Part shown: piece after piece, positions 1 to 9,346 of the stretch | Numbering within the stretch: position 1 is the stretch's first letter | How the letters are laid out: every line of letters starts with the position of its first letter | Source of the DNA: Vulcanimicrobiota bacterium | GTDB lineage: Bacteria > Vulcanimicrobiota > SpSt-956 > JAKJGF01 | Direction: 5' to 3' | Length of the DNA: 38,391 nucleotides | NCBI GenBank assembly: GCA_040217665.1 | Contig: JBEHWP010000003.1 | Coordinates: forward strand, 1-38,391 | Translations under genes and position numbers: made by a program | The notes under the pieces: generated by a model | Databases searched by the model: none | The model's input: only the letters and a program-made list of their open reading frames with translations | Told to the model about the DNA's origin: nothing

Positions 1-1474
1 GTCCGGTGTCCGTATATCTTCCTGTAAGTATAAGCTGGCTTCCTCTGAAGAGATCGGGAAGATCCCTGGGATACATATCCTTAATTTTGATTTTACCGAA
101 ATTGAGAGACAAATCGGATAACACAGGATGACTTATTTTGGTAAAAAAGGAAGAAATTTCCACTTCCATTTCCTCACCGGCTTTCAGATAGGACGTATAA
201 CCCTGATTCTGTTCTGCCATAAGATCCAGGAGCAATGTATTCACATCTGTTCCAACACCAAAGGAGAAAATTCTCACTTTTGTTTTATTTTCTGCAGAGA
301 TATGTTTAAGAATTACATTTGTATCGGTTTCTCCCTGTGTGGGAAGACCGTCTGTAAGAAATACAATATAATGAGGTCTTTTTTCATCTGCAAATTGTTT
401 TAAACTTACGTGAAAAGCTTCATCAATATTGGTTCCTCCGAGAGGTTTCAGAGTATCTACAAATGTTTTGGCTTTTTTTATATTTTCCTCTGTTCCCTCC
501 ACAAGTTTATTACTGTAAAAATCTGTAACAGAATTAAAGGTGACAACATTAAACCTGTCTTTACCGTTAAGATTTGAGAGACAGAATTTAAGTGCTTTCT
601 GTGCATATGTAATCTTATCTTCATCATACATGCTACCTGAAGTATCTATGACGAAGATAATATCTTTAGGTAAAATCTTTGTTTTATCCAGTTCCTGTCC
701 CGGAGAAGCAATGAGGAGGAAAAATCCCTGATTGTCTCCCCTGTCTTTATAAGTCAACAGATTAAGGCCGAAATCCTCTTCAGAGACACCGTAATAAAGG
801 ATAAAATCTTTATCGCCTTTATAACTCGTATCTTCAAAACCTGCTTTTACAGATTTATCGCCGTCTTTCTTAATTGACATGTTATGAGTGGGTGAATAAA
901 AGGATTTAACAGGTATTGAAGAAGAGAGTTCTACACCTATAGTAAGTTCTTTTACAGGCCAATCAGAGGTTTTCTTTGCCAGGGGAAGTTTAAATTTACA
1001 GAGTCCCAGGTCAGAAGATAATACCTGAGAATAAGTGATTGAAATTTTTGTCTCTCCTCTGGCAGGAATGGGATATATCCTTGCCCGGAACATACCTGAA
1101 CCGATATTTTCCAGAAGTCCCGGATCTTTAAGCTGTCTTACAATACTTTCGTATATAGAAGCTGCTTCATCCTTATCCATTATTTTTCCTTCTACCTTCT
1201 TGCCATTTATAAGCATGGAAAAATTGGATATAGATGCATCTGCCGGCATGGGGAAAATAAGGGTTGCTTCCATATCAGAAGAAGAATTATTTTTAAGTTT
1301 TTCTTCTATTGTCACCCTGGCAGCCTGATCCTTGATTTTAATATCTACTCTTTCATATTCTATAACAAAGGATCTGTCGCCTGCAGGAACCCTTTCCACT
1401 ATGTATTCCTGGGACATAACACCGGTAAGGGATAACAGTAAAAACAATAAAACAAGTAAAAACTTAGAGAACAT
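1..1474 (-). CDS. Exported VIT (vault protein inter-alpha-trypsin) + von Willebrand factor A domain protein, 3' end runs off the window
   Basis: Absent from the ORF track because it is open to the window edge. Manual translation from ATG 1474 (AAGGAG at 1485-1490): signal peptide MFSKFLLVLLFLLLSLTGVMS; VIT-like EATLIFPMPADASISNFSMLINGKKVEGKIMDKDEAASIYESIVRQLKDPGLLE; vWA MIDAS-like DIIFVIDTSGSM and IVFLTDGLPT. Confidence 0.88.
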   Translation of the reverse strand, partial: MFSKFLLVLLFLLLSLTGVMSQEYIVERVPAGDRSFVIEYERVDIKIKDQAARVTIEEKLKNNSSSDMEATLIFPMPADASISNFSMLINGKKVEGKIMDKDEAASIYESIVRQLKDPGLLENIGSGMFRARIYPIPARGETKISITYSQVLSSDLGLCKFKLPLAKKTSDWPVKELTIGVELSSSIPVKSFYSPTHNMSIKKDGDKSVKAGFEDTSYKGDKDFILYYGVSEEDFGLNLLTYKDRGDNQGFFLLIASPGQELDKTKILPKDIIFVIDTSGSMYDEDKITYAQKALKFCLSNLNGKDRFNVVTFNSVTDFYSNKLVEGTEENIKKAKTFVDTLKPLGGTNIDEAFHVSLKQFADEKRPHYIVFLTDGLPTQGETDTNVILKHISAENKTKVRIFSFGVGTDVNTLLLDLMAEQNQGYTSYLKAGEEMEVEISSFFTKISHPVLSDLSLNFGKIKIKDMYPRDLPDLFRGSQLILTGRYTDTG

Positions 1475-1494
1475 CTGAACCACGCTCCTTAATA

Positions 1495-1576
1495 ATCAGT
1501 GATCAGTAATCAGTAAGCAGTGCTCAATGAATATAATATATCTAACTGATCACAGGTCACTGCTCACTGATTACTG
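1495..1576. repeat. Heptamer fold-back element: (ATCAGTG/ATCAGTA)n left arm, AT-rich spacer, (CACTGAT)n right arm
   Basis: ATCAGTG ATCAGTA ATCAGTA AGCAGTG ... AACTGAT CACAGGT CACTGCT CACTGAT TACTG; the arms are imperfect reverse complements. Confidence 0.85.
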
Positions 1577-1582
1577 TACATA

Positions 1583-1766
1583 AGTTCCCCCACCGTGCCG
1601 TGTGCAGATCACTTTGAATCCTGACGTAAATCAGGTGGGAACCACTATAAGTAGCTTAAGGATCCCTCACCATGGAGGTATTCACAACACTACTGGAATT
1701 AAGTTCCCTTCAAAAAATTGTCGGATCAAATATATAACCCGCAAACACAAACAAAGCAGGGGAATA
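1583..1766 (-). ncRNA. ssrS: 6S RNA
   Basis: About 184 nt directly downstream of aspS, the known synteny of Bacillus 6S-1. On the minus strand the ends pair (TTCCCC/GGGGAA, TGCGGGTTA/TGATCTGCA), GGGAACT/GGTTCCC closes the apical stem, and the 3' side has the 6S-typical CACCTG..CAGGATTCAAAG..ACGGCAC. Exact ends approximate. Confidence 0.85.
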
Positions 1767-1820
1767 TTTATTTCGTCTATTAAATTTTAGTCGTCTAGTT
1801 TAAAAAAATTTCTCAAAAGA

Positions 1821-1849
1821 ATAATAGCATATTTTTCATTTAATTGCAA
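1821..1849 (-). promoter_or_regulatory. Sigma70-type promoter for 6S RNA
   Basis: Minus strand TTGCAA-17 bp-TATTAT with extended -10 TGn. Confidence 0.65.
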
Positions 1850-1861
1850 TGAAAAAGATTA

Positions 1862-3619
1862 TCAGACAACTTTTATATTTAACTCTTTAAGCTGTCTTTC
1901 TGATACCTCAACAGGTGCTCCCGTAAGAGGGCATGCTGCGGTCTGAGTCTTTGGAAAAGCTATTACATCTCTTATGCTTTTTTCTCCTGCCATAAGCATT
2001 ACAAGTCTGTCAAGTCCTGGAGCTATACCTCCATGAGGAGGAGCACCGTATTCAAGAGCTTTCAGGAGAAATCCGAATTTATATTCTGCTTCTTCTGCAG
2101 TAAGACCCATAATCTTAAAGATCTTTTCCTGTATATCTTTCCTGTGGATACGTATGCTTCCGCTGCCAAGTTCTGTACCGTTAAGTACAAGGTCATAAGA
2201 ACTGGCTCTCACTTTAAGAGGTTCAGAATCCAGATATTCTATATCTTCCGTAAGAGGACATGTGAAAGCATGATGTTCTGCATCTATTTTCTTTTCTTCT
2301 TCATTATAAGAGAAAAGCGGGAAATCTATGACCCAGAGAAAACTGAATTCTCCTTCTTTAATAAGCCCCAGTTCCTGGGCAAGAGAAATTCTTATTTCTC
2401 CGAGTACACGGCTTGCCACTTCTTTTTTATCTGAAACAATGAGTATTACATCATTATCGGAAACAGAAAATCTTGACTTTAAATTTTCTATATCCTCCGG
2501 TGTTAAAAATTTCTTTATAGAAGATTTAATATCGCCGCCTGCAAAGGAAACCCACGACAATGCCTTTGCTCCCAGTTCTTTAGCCTTTTCATTCAATTCA
2601 TCAAACTTCTTCCTGGAAGCAGATGAGAAATTCTCCACTTTTATGCCTCTTACAACACCGCCACACTGAATATTCTCTTTGAAAGCATTGAACTGTGAAT
2701 CTTTAAATATGTCAGAAAGCTCTTCTATTTTCATGCCATAGCGAAGATCAGGTTTATCAATACCATACCAGTCAATGGCATCTCTGTGTTTCAGTCTGAG
2801 AAAAGGTACGGGAATATCAACATGAAGTACATCTTTAAAAATACGTCCCATAAGACCTTCTGTTATATTAAGAACATCTTCCCTTTCCACAAAGGACATT
2901 TCCATATCTATCTGAGTAAATTCAGGCTGACGGTCTGCCCTCTGGTCTTCATCTCTGAAACATCTGGCTATCTGATAATATTTTTCAAATCCCGATACCA
3001 TAAGCAATTGTTTAAATAATTGCGGAGACTGAGGGAGTGCATAGAATTTACCCCGGTGAATCCTGCTCGGTACCAGATAATCTCTGGCGCCCTCAGGAGT
3101 ACTGTTAATAAACACAGGTGTTTCTATTTCAAGAAAACCGTTTTCTTCAAGATAATTACGGGCACTCCTCGTAACAGATGCTCTGAGCTTAATATTTGAT
3201 TGCATCCTTTGAGTTCTGAGATCGAGATAACGATATTTAAGACGGGTCATTTCATCTACACGACTATCTCCGGAAATATTAATGGGAGGTGTGGGACATG
3301 TATTTAATATGATAAGTTCTACGGCCAGAATATCTACTTCACCTGTCGGAAGTTTTGTGTTTATCGTTCCTTCAGGCCTTGCACATACCTCGCCTGTAAC
3401 AGATATAACATATTCCGATTTGAGTTCTCCCGCTTTTTCATGGAGTTCTTTATATTTTTCAGGATTGAACACTACCTGTGTTATTCCTTCTCTGTCACGG
3501 AGATCTATGAAAATAAGGCCTCCTAAATCTCTTCTTCTGTGTACCCATCCCATAAGAGTAACTGATTTACCTGTATCTGCAAGTCTCAGTTCACCACAGT
3601 TATGAGTTCTTTTTTTCAA
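1862..3619 (-). CDS. aspS: Aspartate--tRNA ligase (AspRS)
   Basis: RRRDLGGLIFIDLRD, ALPQSPQLFKQLLM, RCFRDEDQRADRQPEFTQIDME, GAPPHGGIAPGLDR. Start moved to TTG 3619 (AAGGGGTGG upstream); the ORF-track extension to 3682 reads through a heptamer repeat. Confidence 0.97.
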   Translation of the reverse strand: MKKRTHNCGELRLADTGKSVTLMGWVHRRRDLGGLIFIDLRDREGITQVVFNPEKYKELHEKAGELKSEYVISVTGEVCARPEGTINTKLPTGEVDILAVELIILNTCPTPPINISGDSRVDEMTRLKYRYLDLRTQRMQSNIKLRASVTRSARNYLEENGFLEIETPVFINSTPEGARDYLVPSRIHRGKFYALPQSPQLFKQLLMVSGFEKYYQIARCFRDEDQRADRQPEFTQIDMEMSFVEREDVLNITEGLMGRIFKDVLHVDIPVPFLRLKHRDAIDWYGIDKPDLRYGMKIEELSDIFKDSQFNAFKENIQCGGVVRGIKVENFSSASRKKFDELNEKAKELGAKALSWVSFAGGDIKSSIKKFLTPEDIENLKSRFSVSDNDVILIVSDKKEVASRVLGEIRISLAQELGLIKEGEFSFLWVIDFPLFSYNEEEKKIDAEHHAFTCPLTEDIEYLDSEPLKVRASSYDLVLNGTELGSGSIRIHRKDIQEKIFKIMGLTAEEAEYKFGFLLKALEYGAPPHGGIAPGLDRLVMLMAGEKSIRDVIAFPKTQTAACPLTGAPVEVSERQLKELNIKVV

Positions 3620-3642
3620 AAATACCACCCCTTTAAAATGAT

Positions 3643-3665
3643 CGTGACGCGTGACGCGTGACGCG
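3643..3665. repeat. Heptamer array (CGTGACG)x3
   Basis: CGTGACG CGTGACG CGTGACG CG just upstream of the aspS RBS. Confidence 0.9.
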
Positions 3666-3783
3666 AGGATTACATGCGCCATATAGAAGTGAAGAAAATC
3701 ATCTTCTTGGCTTAATAATGACAGAAATAATTCGTATAATAAGAAATAATTCCTTTATTTTTTAGTAATTTTATTTTTAAATT

Positions 3784-3818
3784 AGGTTTTGCGTTTCTGG
3801 TTTCAGGTTTTGGGTTAT
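3784..3818. repeat. Degenerate heptamer array (NNGTTTY)x5
   Basis: AGGTTTT GCGTTTC TGGTTTC AGGTTTT GGGTTAT. Confidence 0.6.
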
Positions 3819-3827
3819 CGTCATCGT

Positions 3828-5558
3828 TTAAATATTAATAATCAATATACCTGCTGAAGTAAGTGATTGTATGGCAATAATAAGACCGAGAATAAATATA
3901 AAGAGATAGGAAAAGGCTGCTACTCTGTTTAAAAAATTCTTTTTCGGATAATATTTTTCGAGCATCTTACCGGCAGTAACCATTACTATGCCAATGGCAA
4001 TAAGAACTGCAGCCAGGCCGAAACTGAAAGCCACTATTACAAGTAATCCGAGAATTATTCTATTGAGGGCAACGGCACTTAACAGAACTACCAGTGCATC
4101 AGGGCATGGCACTATACCACCGCTTACGCCGAGAGCAATAAGACTCAGAAGGGTAATTTTTTCCGGCAATTTGTGCACATGATATTTCCCACCATGATAG
4201 TGTCCGCCTGCTTCGTCAACATGGCCCTGTTCATGGTTTCTATGTTCATGGTCATGTTTATGGCTATGGTCATGACTGTGGTCGTGCTCATGTTTATGGC
4301 TATGGTCATGACTGTGGTCGTGCTCATGTCCATGACTGTGAGCTTGACTGTGTTCATGAGTGTGTTCATGGTCATGTTTATGGCTATGGTCATGACTGTG
4401 GTCGTGCTCATGTCCATGACTGTAATCTTGACTGTGTTCATGAGTGTGTTCATGGTCATGTTTATGGCTATGGTCATGACTGTGGTCGTGCTCATGTCCA
4501 TGACTGTGGTCATGCTCGTGCCCATGGTCGTAACTGTGGCCATGTTCAGTTGATGCAACAGCCTCCTTATGTCTTATTATAAAAAGCCATATGCCTATTA
4601 TAGAAATAAGGATTCCTGAAGAAAAACCTATCCAGGGATATAATTTTTCCGGCATAACGTATTTAAATGCAAAGAGGCATATTACTCCCAGCAATATAAC
4701 ACTTATTGTATGGGTAAAAGTAACTATGATACCAAGCAGTATGGCATGCTTTATAGTTCCCCTGCTACCTATAAGATAGGCTCCGACAATGGTTTTACCA
4801 TGTCCCGGAGCAAACGCATGGAGAGCACCGAGAATTACAGCAATACCAAGAGCTACAAGGACAACACTTAAATTTAAATTTTCTTTTGTAATAAGTCCGA
4901 CAAGGCCATTGTCTCCCTGAGTTTCAGGAATATTCGGTTCGGAAAATTCATGGATATTACCTCCGACAGAACCTTTCACAGAAGAAAAAACTATATCTGC
5001 CTTTGTACAGACTGCATTTTTTATATTTTTGGGTTTTTCAGGAGCACTTAATATGGTAACAGAATCTTCACCTTTAACCATTATTTCCTTCCATCCGGGA
5101 GTGGACGTAAAATTATCATCATGAAAATATAGTTTATTTTCACCTTTTTTCAAAAGCCCTTCAGATACAGATGCCTCGAAAAGATAATTCACTTTTAATG
5201 TGGAAAGTTCACCTGTTCCTGTATTTACTATAACGTTAGAATCTATGGTTTTAATATTTAACGATTGCTCATTCAGTTTCATTGTAATATTTTCGAGAAC
5301 TTTTTCTGTTGCCTGTTCCAGATAGATTTTTTTTTCTTCATCTGTATAAATAAAATCCTGATTTTTATCCATAATTTTAAGCTGACTGAAGGCAGAAGCT
5401 TCAGGAAGACGAAGCAGATATTGCAGGGTAATTCTGTCTGCGGAAATAGAAATCTGGCTTACAGCATCAATCCTGAGATAACCGAAGGGATGGGATAAAA
5501 CTCCGGACGGAAAGATAAATAAGAAACATATTACCAGAGAAATAATTTTTTTTAACAT
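3828..5558 (-). CDS. Nickel/cobalt transporter, RcnA/NicO (HoxN-like) family, with N-terminal exported domain and very long His-rich loop
   Basis: LGALHAFAPGHGKT, TFTHTISV and SGGIVPCPDALVVLL motifs; hydrophobic TM segments; signal peptide followed by HP; about 50 His in the loop. Confidence 0.88.
   Translation of the reverse strand: MLKKIISLVICFLFIFPSGVLSHPFGYLRIDAVSQISISADRITLQYLLRLPEASAFSQLKIMDKNQDFIYTDEEKKIYLEQATEKVLENITMKLNEQSLNIKTIDSNVIVNTGTGELSTLKVNYLFEASVSEGLLKKGENKLYFHDDNFTSTPGWKEIMVKGEDSVTILSAPEKPKNIKNAVCTKADIVFSSVKGSVGGNIHEFSEPNIPETQGDNGLVGLITKENLNLSVVLVALGIAVILGALHAFAPGHGKTIVGAYLIGSRGTIKHAILLGIIVTFTHTISVILLGVICLFAFKYVMPEKLYPWIGFSSGILISIIGIWLFIIRHKEAVASTEHGHSYDHGHEHDHSHGHEHDHSHDHSHKHDHEHTHEHSQDYSHGHEHDHSHDHSHKHDHEHTHEHSQAHSHGHEHDHSHDHSHKHEHDHSHDHSHKHDHEHRNHEQGHVDEAGGHYHGGKYHVHKLPEKITLLSLIALGVSGGIVPCPDALVVLLSAVALNRIILGLLVIVAFSFGLAAVLIAIGIVMVTAGKMLEKYYPKKNFLNRVAAFSYLFIFILGLIIAIQSLTSAGILIINI
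4244..4543 (-). repeat. Coding tandem repeat for the His-rich loop (84-bp unit with a nested 36-bp duplication)
   Basis: 28-aa unit SHGHEHDHSHDHSHKHDHEHTHEHSQ(DY/AH) in about 2.6 copies, plus a repeated HEHDHSHDHSHK. Confidence 0.9.
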
Positions 5559-5593
5559 AGTGCCTCCCTAAACATTTTATATTTTATAAATAT

Positions 5594-5653
5594 AGTGAGT
5601 AGTGAGTAATAAGTAAATCACTGTCTTCACCACTCACTACTCACCAATCACTA
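5594..5653. repeat. Heptamer fold-back element (AGTGAGT)n ... (ACTCACT)n
   Basis: AGTGAGT AGTGAGT AATAAGT ... TCACCAC TCACTAC TCACCAA TCACTA, abutting the stop of the TolB-like gene. Confidence 0.85.
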
Positions 5654-6595
5654 TTAATAAATAGATGGAGTCCAATCATCACTGCTACTGGAGAAAGCTT
5701 TTTCTATATTCTTTCCCCCTGAATCCATAATAAAAATTTGCCAGTTAGGCCCCTGAAGATCAGAACAGAAAACTATTTTTTTCCTGTCCCTGGAAAAATG
5801 GGGACAATGAGAACCAAATCCCCCTTTTGTGAGATGTCTGATGCCGGTACCATCTGATTTCATGGTAAACAGGTCATAATCTCCGTCTCTGTCAGAAGCC
5901 CATATGATATTATTACCATCAGGTGAAACAATAGCCTGAATATTATGGTAATGAACAGTCGTATTGGTAAGATGAACCTGTTTTGAGCCATCTACGTTCA
6001 TAACAAATAAATCTGCATTTCCATCTCTGTAGGAAGTCCAGAGTATTTTTTTTCCGTCAGGAAAAAAGGACGGATCCCTGTCTCTTGTAACTTCTACAGT
6101 GGGAGGCATAGGGCTGTCATAAGACAGAGGTTGTTCCTTAACAGGTTTATCAAAAGTAAGTCTCTTCTGATTGGAACCGTCGGAGTTCATTGTATAAACC
6201 TCTTCATTTTTATCCCTTGTAGAAATAAAGACTGTCTTTTTTCCGTCACCGGAAAAGGAAGGCATCTTGTTAGTACCGCTGCTGGACGTAAGTTGCTTTT
6301 TATCCGAACCGTCGACATTCATTATAAAAATCTGTGCTCTGCCATCTCTGGAGTAAGCTGTATAAATTAATTTTTTACCGTCTCCTGACACACATGGTTC
6401 TGTATCCACACAGGGGTTTGCAGATGTAAGATTCTTCGGTTCACCTCTGGAAGGATAAAAACATGAATATATATCAAGGTTTCCCTTCCGATCAGATGCG
6501 AAGTAAATACTATAAGTATTTGTCCCCTCTGCAAGGAAAGTGCAGAGTAAAATTGATACAAAAGTCAAAATGGTCCAGAAGAAATGTCTCTTCAT
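5654..6595 (-). CDS. Exported TolB-like (PD40) beta-propeller protein
   Basis: Signal peptide; repeated P-S-F-x-x-D-G-K-K and S-x-R-D-G-x-x-(D/E/Q)-(I/L)-(F/Y)-x-M-N-x-D-G-S blades. Confidence 0.88.
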   Translation of the reverse strand: MKRHFFWTILTFVSILLCTFLAEGTNTYSIYFASDRKGNLDIYSCFYPSRGEPKNLTSANPCVDTEPCVSGDGKKLIYTAYSRDGRAQIFIMNVDGSDKKQLTSSSGTNKMPSFSGDGKKTVFISTRDKNEEVYTMNSDGSNQKRLTFDKPVKEQPLSYDSPMPPTVEVTRDRDPSFFPDGKKILWTSYRDGNADLFVMNVDGSKQVHLTNTTVHYHNIQAIVSPDGNNIIWASDRDGDYDLFTMKSDGTGIRHLTKGGFGSHCPHFSRDRKKIVFCSDLQGPNWQIFIMDSGGKNIEKAFSSSSDDWTPSIY

Positions 6596-9237
6596 TCGGT
6601 AACAATCCTTTCTCCCGCTCCCTGTTTAATATCTTTAACTTCTTTTATGTAATCGGCGATTAAATCTCTGATAACTCCGCTTTTCTGAAGAAGTTTACCA
6701 CCGGTAAAAAGAGTATAACCTTCTCCGCCTTCTGCAAGAAAACTGCTTGTTGCAACCTTATACAGAAGACTGTCTGAAACAGGTCTGTCACCTATGGTTA
6801 ATTTTATAATCTTCTCGCCAGAAGGAGAGTCCTTTTTATAAAGGATTTTCATACCGCTTACCTGAAGTATATCTTCAGAAGCAAGAGACTGTTCCATAAG
6901 GGCTTTAATATCTTTACCTGTCATTTCAAGAACAGTCATATTGAAATCGTAAGGTATAACAGTATAAAGGTGGCTGAAGGTAATATCGCCTTTAAACAAA
7001 TCATTACGGAGATTTCTGCCATTATAAAAAGCCACGTCTGCCCCTGATTTTTTTAGCATAACATCTGTTATAAAATCTCCGAGAACAGATTCTTTGTCTC
7101 TCAATCTTGGGAAATAATTATCTGCTGTTCCGAGGACTTCAGAATATTTCGCAGGTAATCTGTCATTGAATCCGTCAAGCAGGTTCCGGATATCTTTATC
7201 TCCTTCCTGGATAAGGGCGGGAGAAATCTGTTTCATTTCGTAAGAATAGTTTACTGACGGAACATCTTTCATAAATCCCATATTGATATGACCTAAAAAT
7301 CTTCCTTTAGTACCTGCTTCAAGGATCAAAATATCATTTACATTTAAAGGATCTGCTGAAGCAGAATAAGATCTAACATCTCCGCCTATTATAAAGACCG
7401 GTTTTTTATGCTTACCTGGAATTATATTCTCAAAATCACTGGCTATAAGCATATTATCATAAAACCTTTGATTGGCCATTATTACAATTGCATCACTGCT
7501 ACTTTCAAGAGCGGAATAATATTTGGCAAGAGTCACCTTCGGGTCTGTAAAGGATAAACCTTTTACATATTCTCCCGGAATGAGTTTCGGTGTTTCACTA
7601 TCGACAAGTCCGAGAACAGCCATCTTAAAACCATTGTTATCTATAATTATATAAGGTTTAAGTCCCGGGAAAAGATTATCTGTTCCCTGAACTATTACGT
7701 TTGCACCGAGTACAGGAAAAGTCGCTTTTTTTATCAATTTACCAAGCTGTTCCTGTCCTACAAGAAAATCCTGTTCTCCCAGGACTGCTGCCTTTACCCC
7801 TGCCGCATTAAGACAGTCTATTACAGCTTCCCCTTTTGTAGCATCACACAGAGGAGTTCCATAGAGAAAATTTCCGCCGCACAGGAGGAGATTATTTTTT
7901 GTAGAAGCACTTAATTTCTTATAAGTAGAAACAAGATAGGAAAAACCTCCTGCTTCTGCAAAACTTGTATTCTCTTTTCTTTGTTTTTCAGGAAGGAATG
8001 TATAGGCATTCGGGCCGCCAGTTACAAAAGGATTAAGGTATCCGAGCAGATCGGTAAAGAAATAAACATTTATATCCGCCTGATTACGGGATACAGATAC
8101 ATCCTTTTTTTCTTTAATATAAACTACAGTTATTCGTGCAATATCATAGCCCTCTACAGAAACTGTATCTCCGACTCTGAGGAAGTCCAGCGGGATAGCC
8201 TTTCTGGCAGGATCACTTTTGTCTACGATTTTACAGGACATGAGATTTAACAACAACTGTTTTTTCTTGTTATTCTCTATAATGGCAGTTTTTTTAGCTT
8301 TATTTATGTCTACAATTTTACCTTCCCCTAAAGTCTTAATTTCATCACTCGATGAATCTGTTCTGGCCAGACTGTCCAGTATAACAGGTAAGGCTTCCTC
8401 TACAAAAACCGCACCGGCTATATAGGTTCTTCCCGGCATAGGCTGTGTAATACTGTAGATCATTACAGCTTTTCCCTTGAGAGAATTCAATCCTTTAAAG
8501 CTCTGTGGTACAAGCATAACAGTCCTGTTATTCGCAAGAACCTTCTCTTTACCTATTTTGAAGGTGAATTTTTCTTTCAAAACTTCTGTGACAACACCTC
8601 TCAGAACCATAGGACCATGGGAAGTTACAAAAAGGTCATTTACATAGGACAGAGGATCCAGAAAATAAGCAGGTTCAATAATCTCTGGTTCATGTTCGAC
8701 AAAACCGGGGAAAGAAGCTTTTGCATAGAATTTATCACCGGAACGAAAAGCAGAGAGCGGTACCGGTTTAAGATCCTTCATAACTCTGGTACCGGAGGTA
8801 ATATTAAGTTCTTTCTTTCCATCGTTCGTAATAACTGTAACTTTATTTCCTTTTATTTCATGAACTGTTCCTGAATACTCTACAGCGACTCCCTGTCCTG
8901 TAGCCAGTAAAAAAGCAGTCTGTTCATCAAAAACTCCTACTGCTATAATCTCATCGAGAGTATTATTTTCTGTAGAAACAAGGATCGCGTCACCTACTTT
9001 AAAATCATTGAACTTCACTGTAACCATGTTTTTCGAAAAACTGGTTTTTGAGTTAGTAAGAATAGTTTTGTCAACCTTATTTCTTGTTGAAATTATAAAG
9101 GATTTATTATCTGTATTTATTTCTTCTATAGTACCTGATACAGAAGAAAGCCCTCTGTTCTGTTCCTGGGCTAATAGATTATTACATATGGAAAAAGACA
9201 GAATTAGAATAAGACTTATAGTAATAATTTTACTCAC
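6592..9237 (-). CDS. Exported protein: four OB-fold-like (DUF5666-like) repeats + degenerate metallophosphatase domain + 5'-nucleotidase C-terminal domain
   Basis: Repeats VSGTIEEIN, YSGTVHEIK, LRGVVTEVL, GEGKIVDIN; UshA-like FPVLGANV, ESVLGDFITDVM, LQVSG, YKVATSSFLAEGGEGY. Start probably GTG 9237 after AAAGGGTG; 4-bp overlap with the next gene. Confidence 0.8.
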   Translation of the reverse strand: MSKIITISLILILSFSICNNLLAQEQNRGLSSVSGTIEEINTDNKSFIISTRNKVDKTILTNSKTSFSKNMVTVKFNDFKVGDAILVSTENNTLDEIIAVGVFDEQTAFLLATGQGVAVEYSGTVHEIKGNKVTVITNDGKKELNITSGTRVMKDLKPVPLSAFRSGDKFYAKASFPGFVEHEPEIIEPAYFLDPLSYVNDLFVTSHGPMVLRGVVTEVLKEKFTFKIGKEKVLANNRTVMLVPQSFKGLNSLKGKAVMIYSITQPMPGRTYIAGAVFVEEALPVILDSLARTDSSSDEIKTLGEGKIVDINKAKKTAIIENNKKKQLLLNLMSCKIVDKSDPARKAIPLDFLRVGDTVSVEGYDIARITVVYIKEKKDVSVSRNQADINVYFFTDLLGYLNPFVTGGPNAYTFLPEKQRKENTSFAEAGGFSYLVSTYKKLSASTKNNLLLCGGNFLYGTPLCDATKGEAVIDCLNAAGVKAAVLGEQDFLVGQEQLGKLIKKATFPVLGANVIVQGTDNLFPGLKPYIIIDNNGFKMAVLGLVDSETPKLIPGEYVKGLSFTDPKVTLAKYYSALESSSDAIVIMANQRFYDNMLIASDFENIIPGKHKKPVFIIGGDVRSYSASADPLNVNDILILEAGTKGRFLGHINMGFMKDVPSVNYSYEMKQISPALIQEGDKDIRNLLDGFNDRLPAKYSEVLGTADNYFPRLRDKESVLGDFITDVMLKKSGADVAFYNGRNLRNDLFKGDITFSHLYTVIPYDFNMTVLEMTGKDIKALMEQSLASEDILQVSGMKILYKKDSPSGEKIIKLTIGDRPVSDSLLYKVATSSFLAEGGEGYTLFTGGKLLQKSGVIRDLIADYIKEVKDIKQGAGERIVTE

Positions 9238-9294
9238 AATAACACCCTTTCTTTTAAACATTATTTAAAAACAGAGTTAATCTATAAAACAGAC

Positions 9295-9320
9295 TAAGGA
9301 ATAGCTTTCGCTATTCCTTA
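9295..9320 (-). terminator. Perfect 11-bp stem-loop (terminator or mRNA-stabilising hairpin)
   Basis: Minus strand TAAGGAATAGC-GAAA-GCTATTCCTTA followed by GTCTGTTTT. Confidence 0.7.
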
Positions 9321-9346
9321 TCTATCACTAATAACGGATTAAATTA

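Noticed and set aside
128-1328. Plus-strand ORFs 128-403, 540-731 and 1035-1328
   Set aside because: Antisense shadows of the VIT-vWA gene, which the ORF track omitted; the many other short ORFs inside long genes were rejected for the same reason
1602-1790. 62-aa plus-strand ORF
   Set aside because: Antisense to the 6S RNA; no RBS or recognisable motif
3620-3682. N-terminal extension of AspRS (MAHVILASRVTRH...)
   Set aside because: Translation of the CGTGACG array; a better RBS and start exist at 3619
4145-4558. Met/Thr-rich and Met/Val-rich ORFs overlapping the transporter
   Set aside because: Alternative frames of the CAT/CAC-rich His repeat
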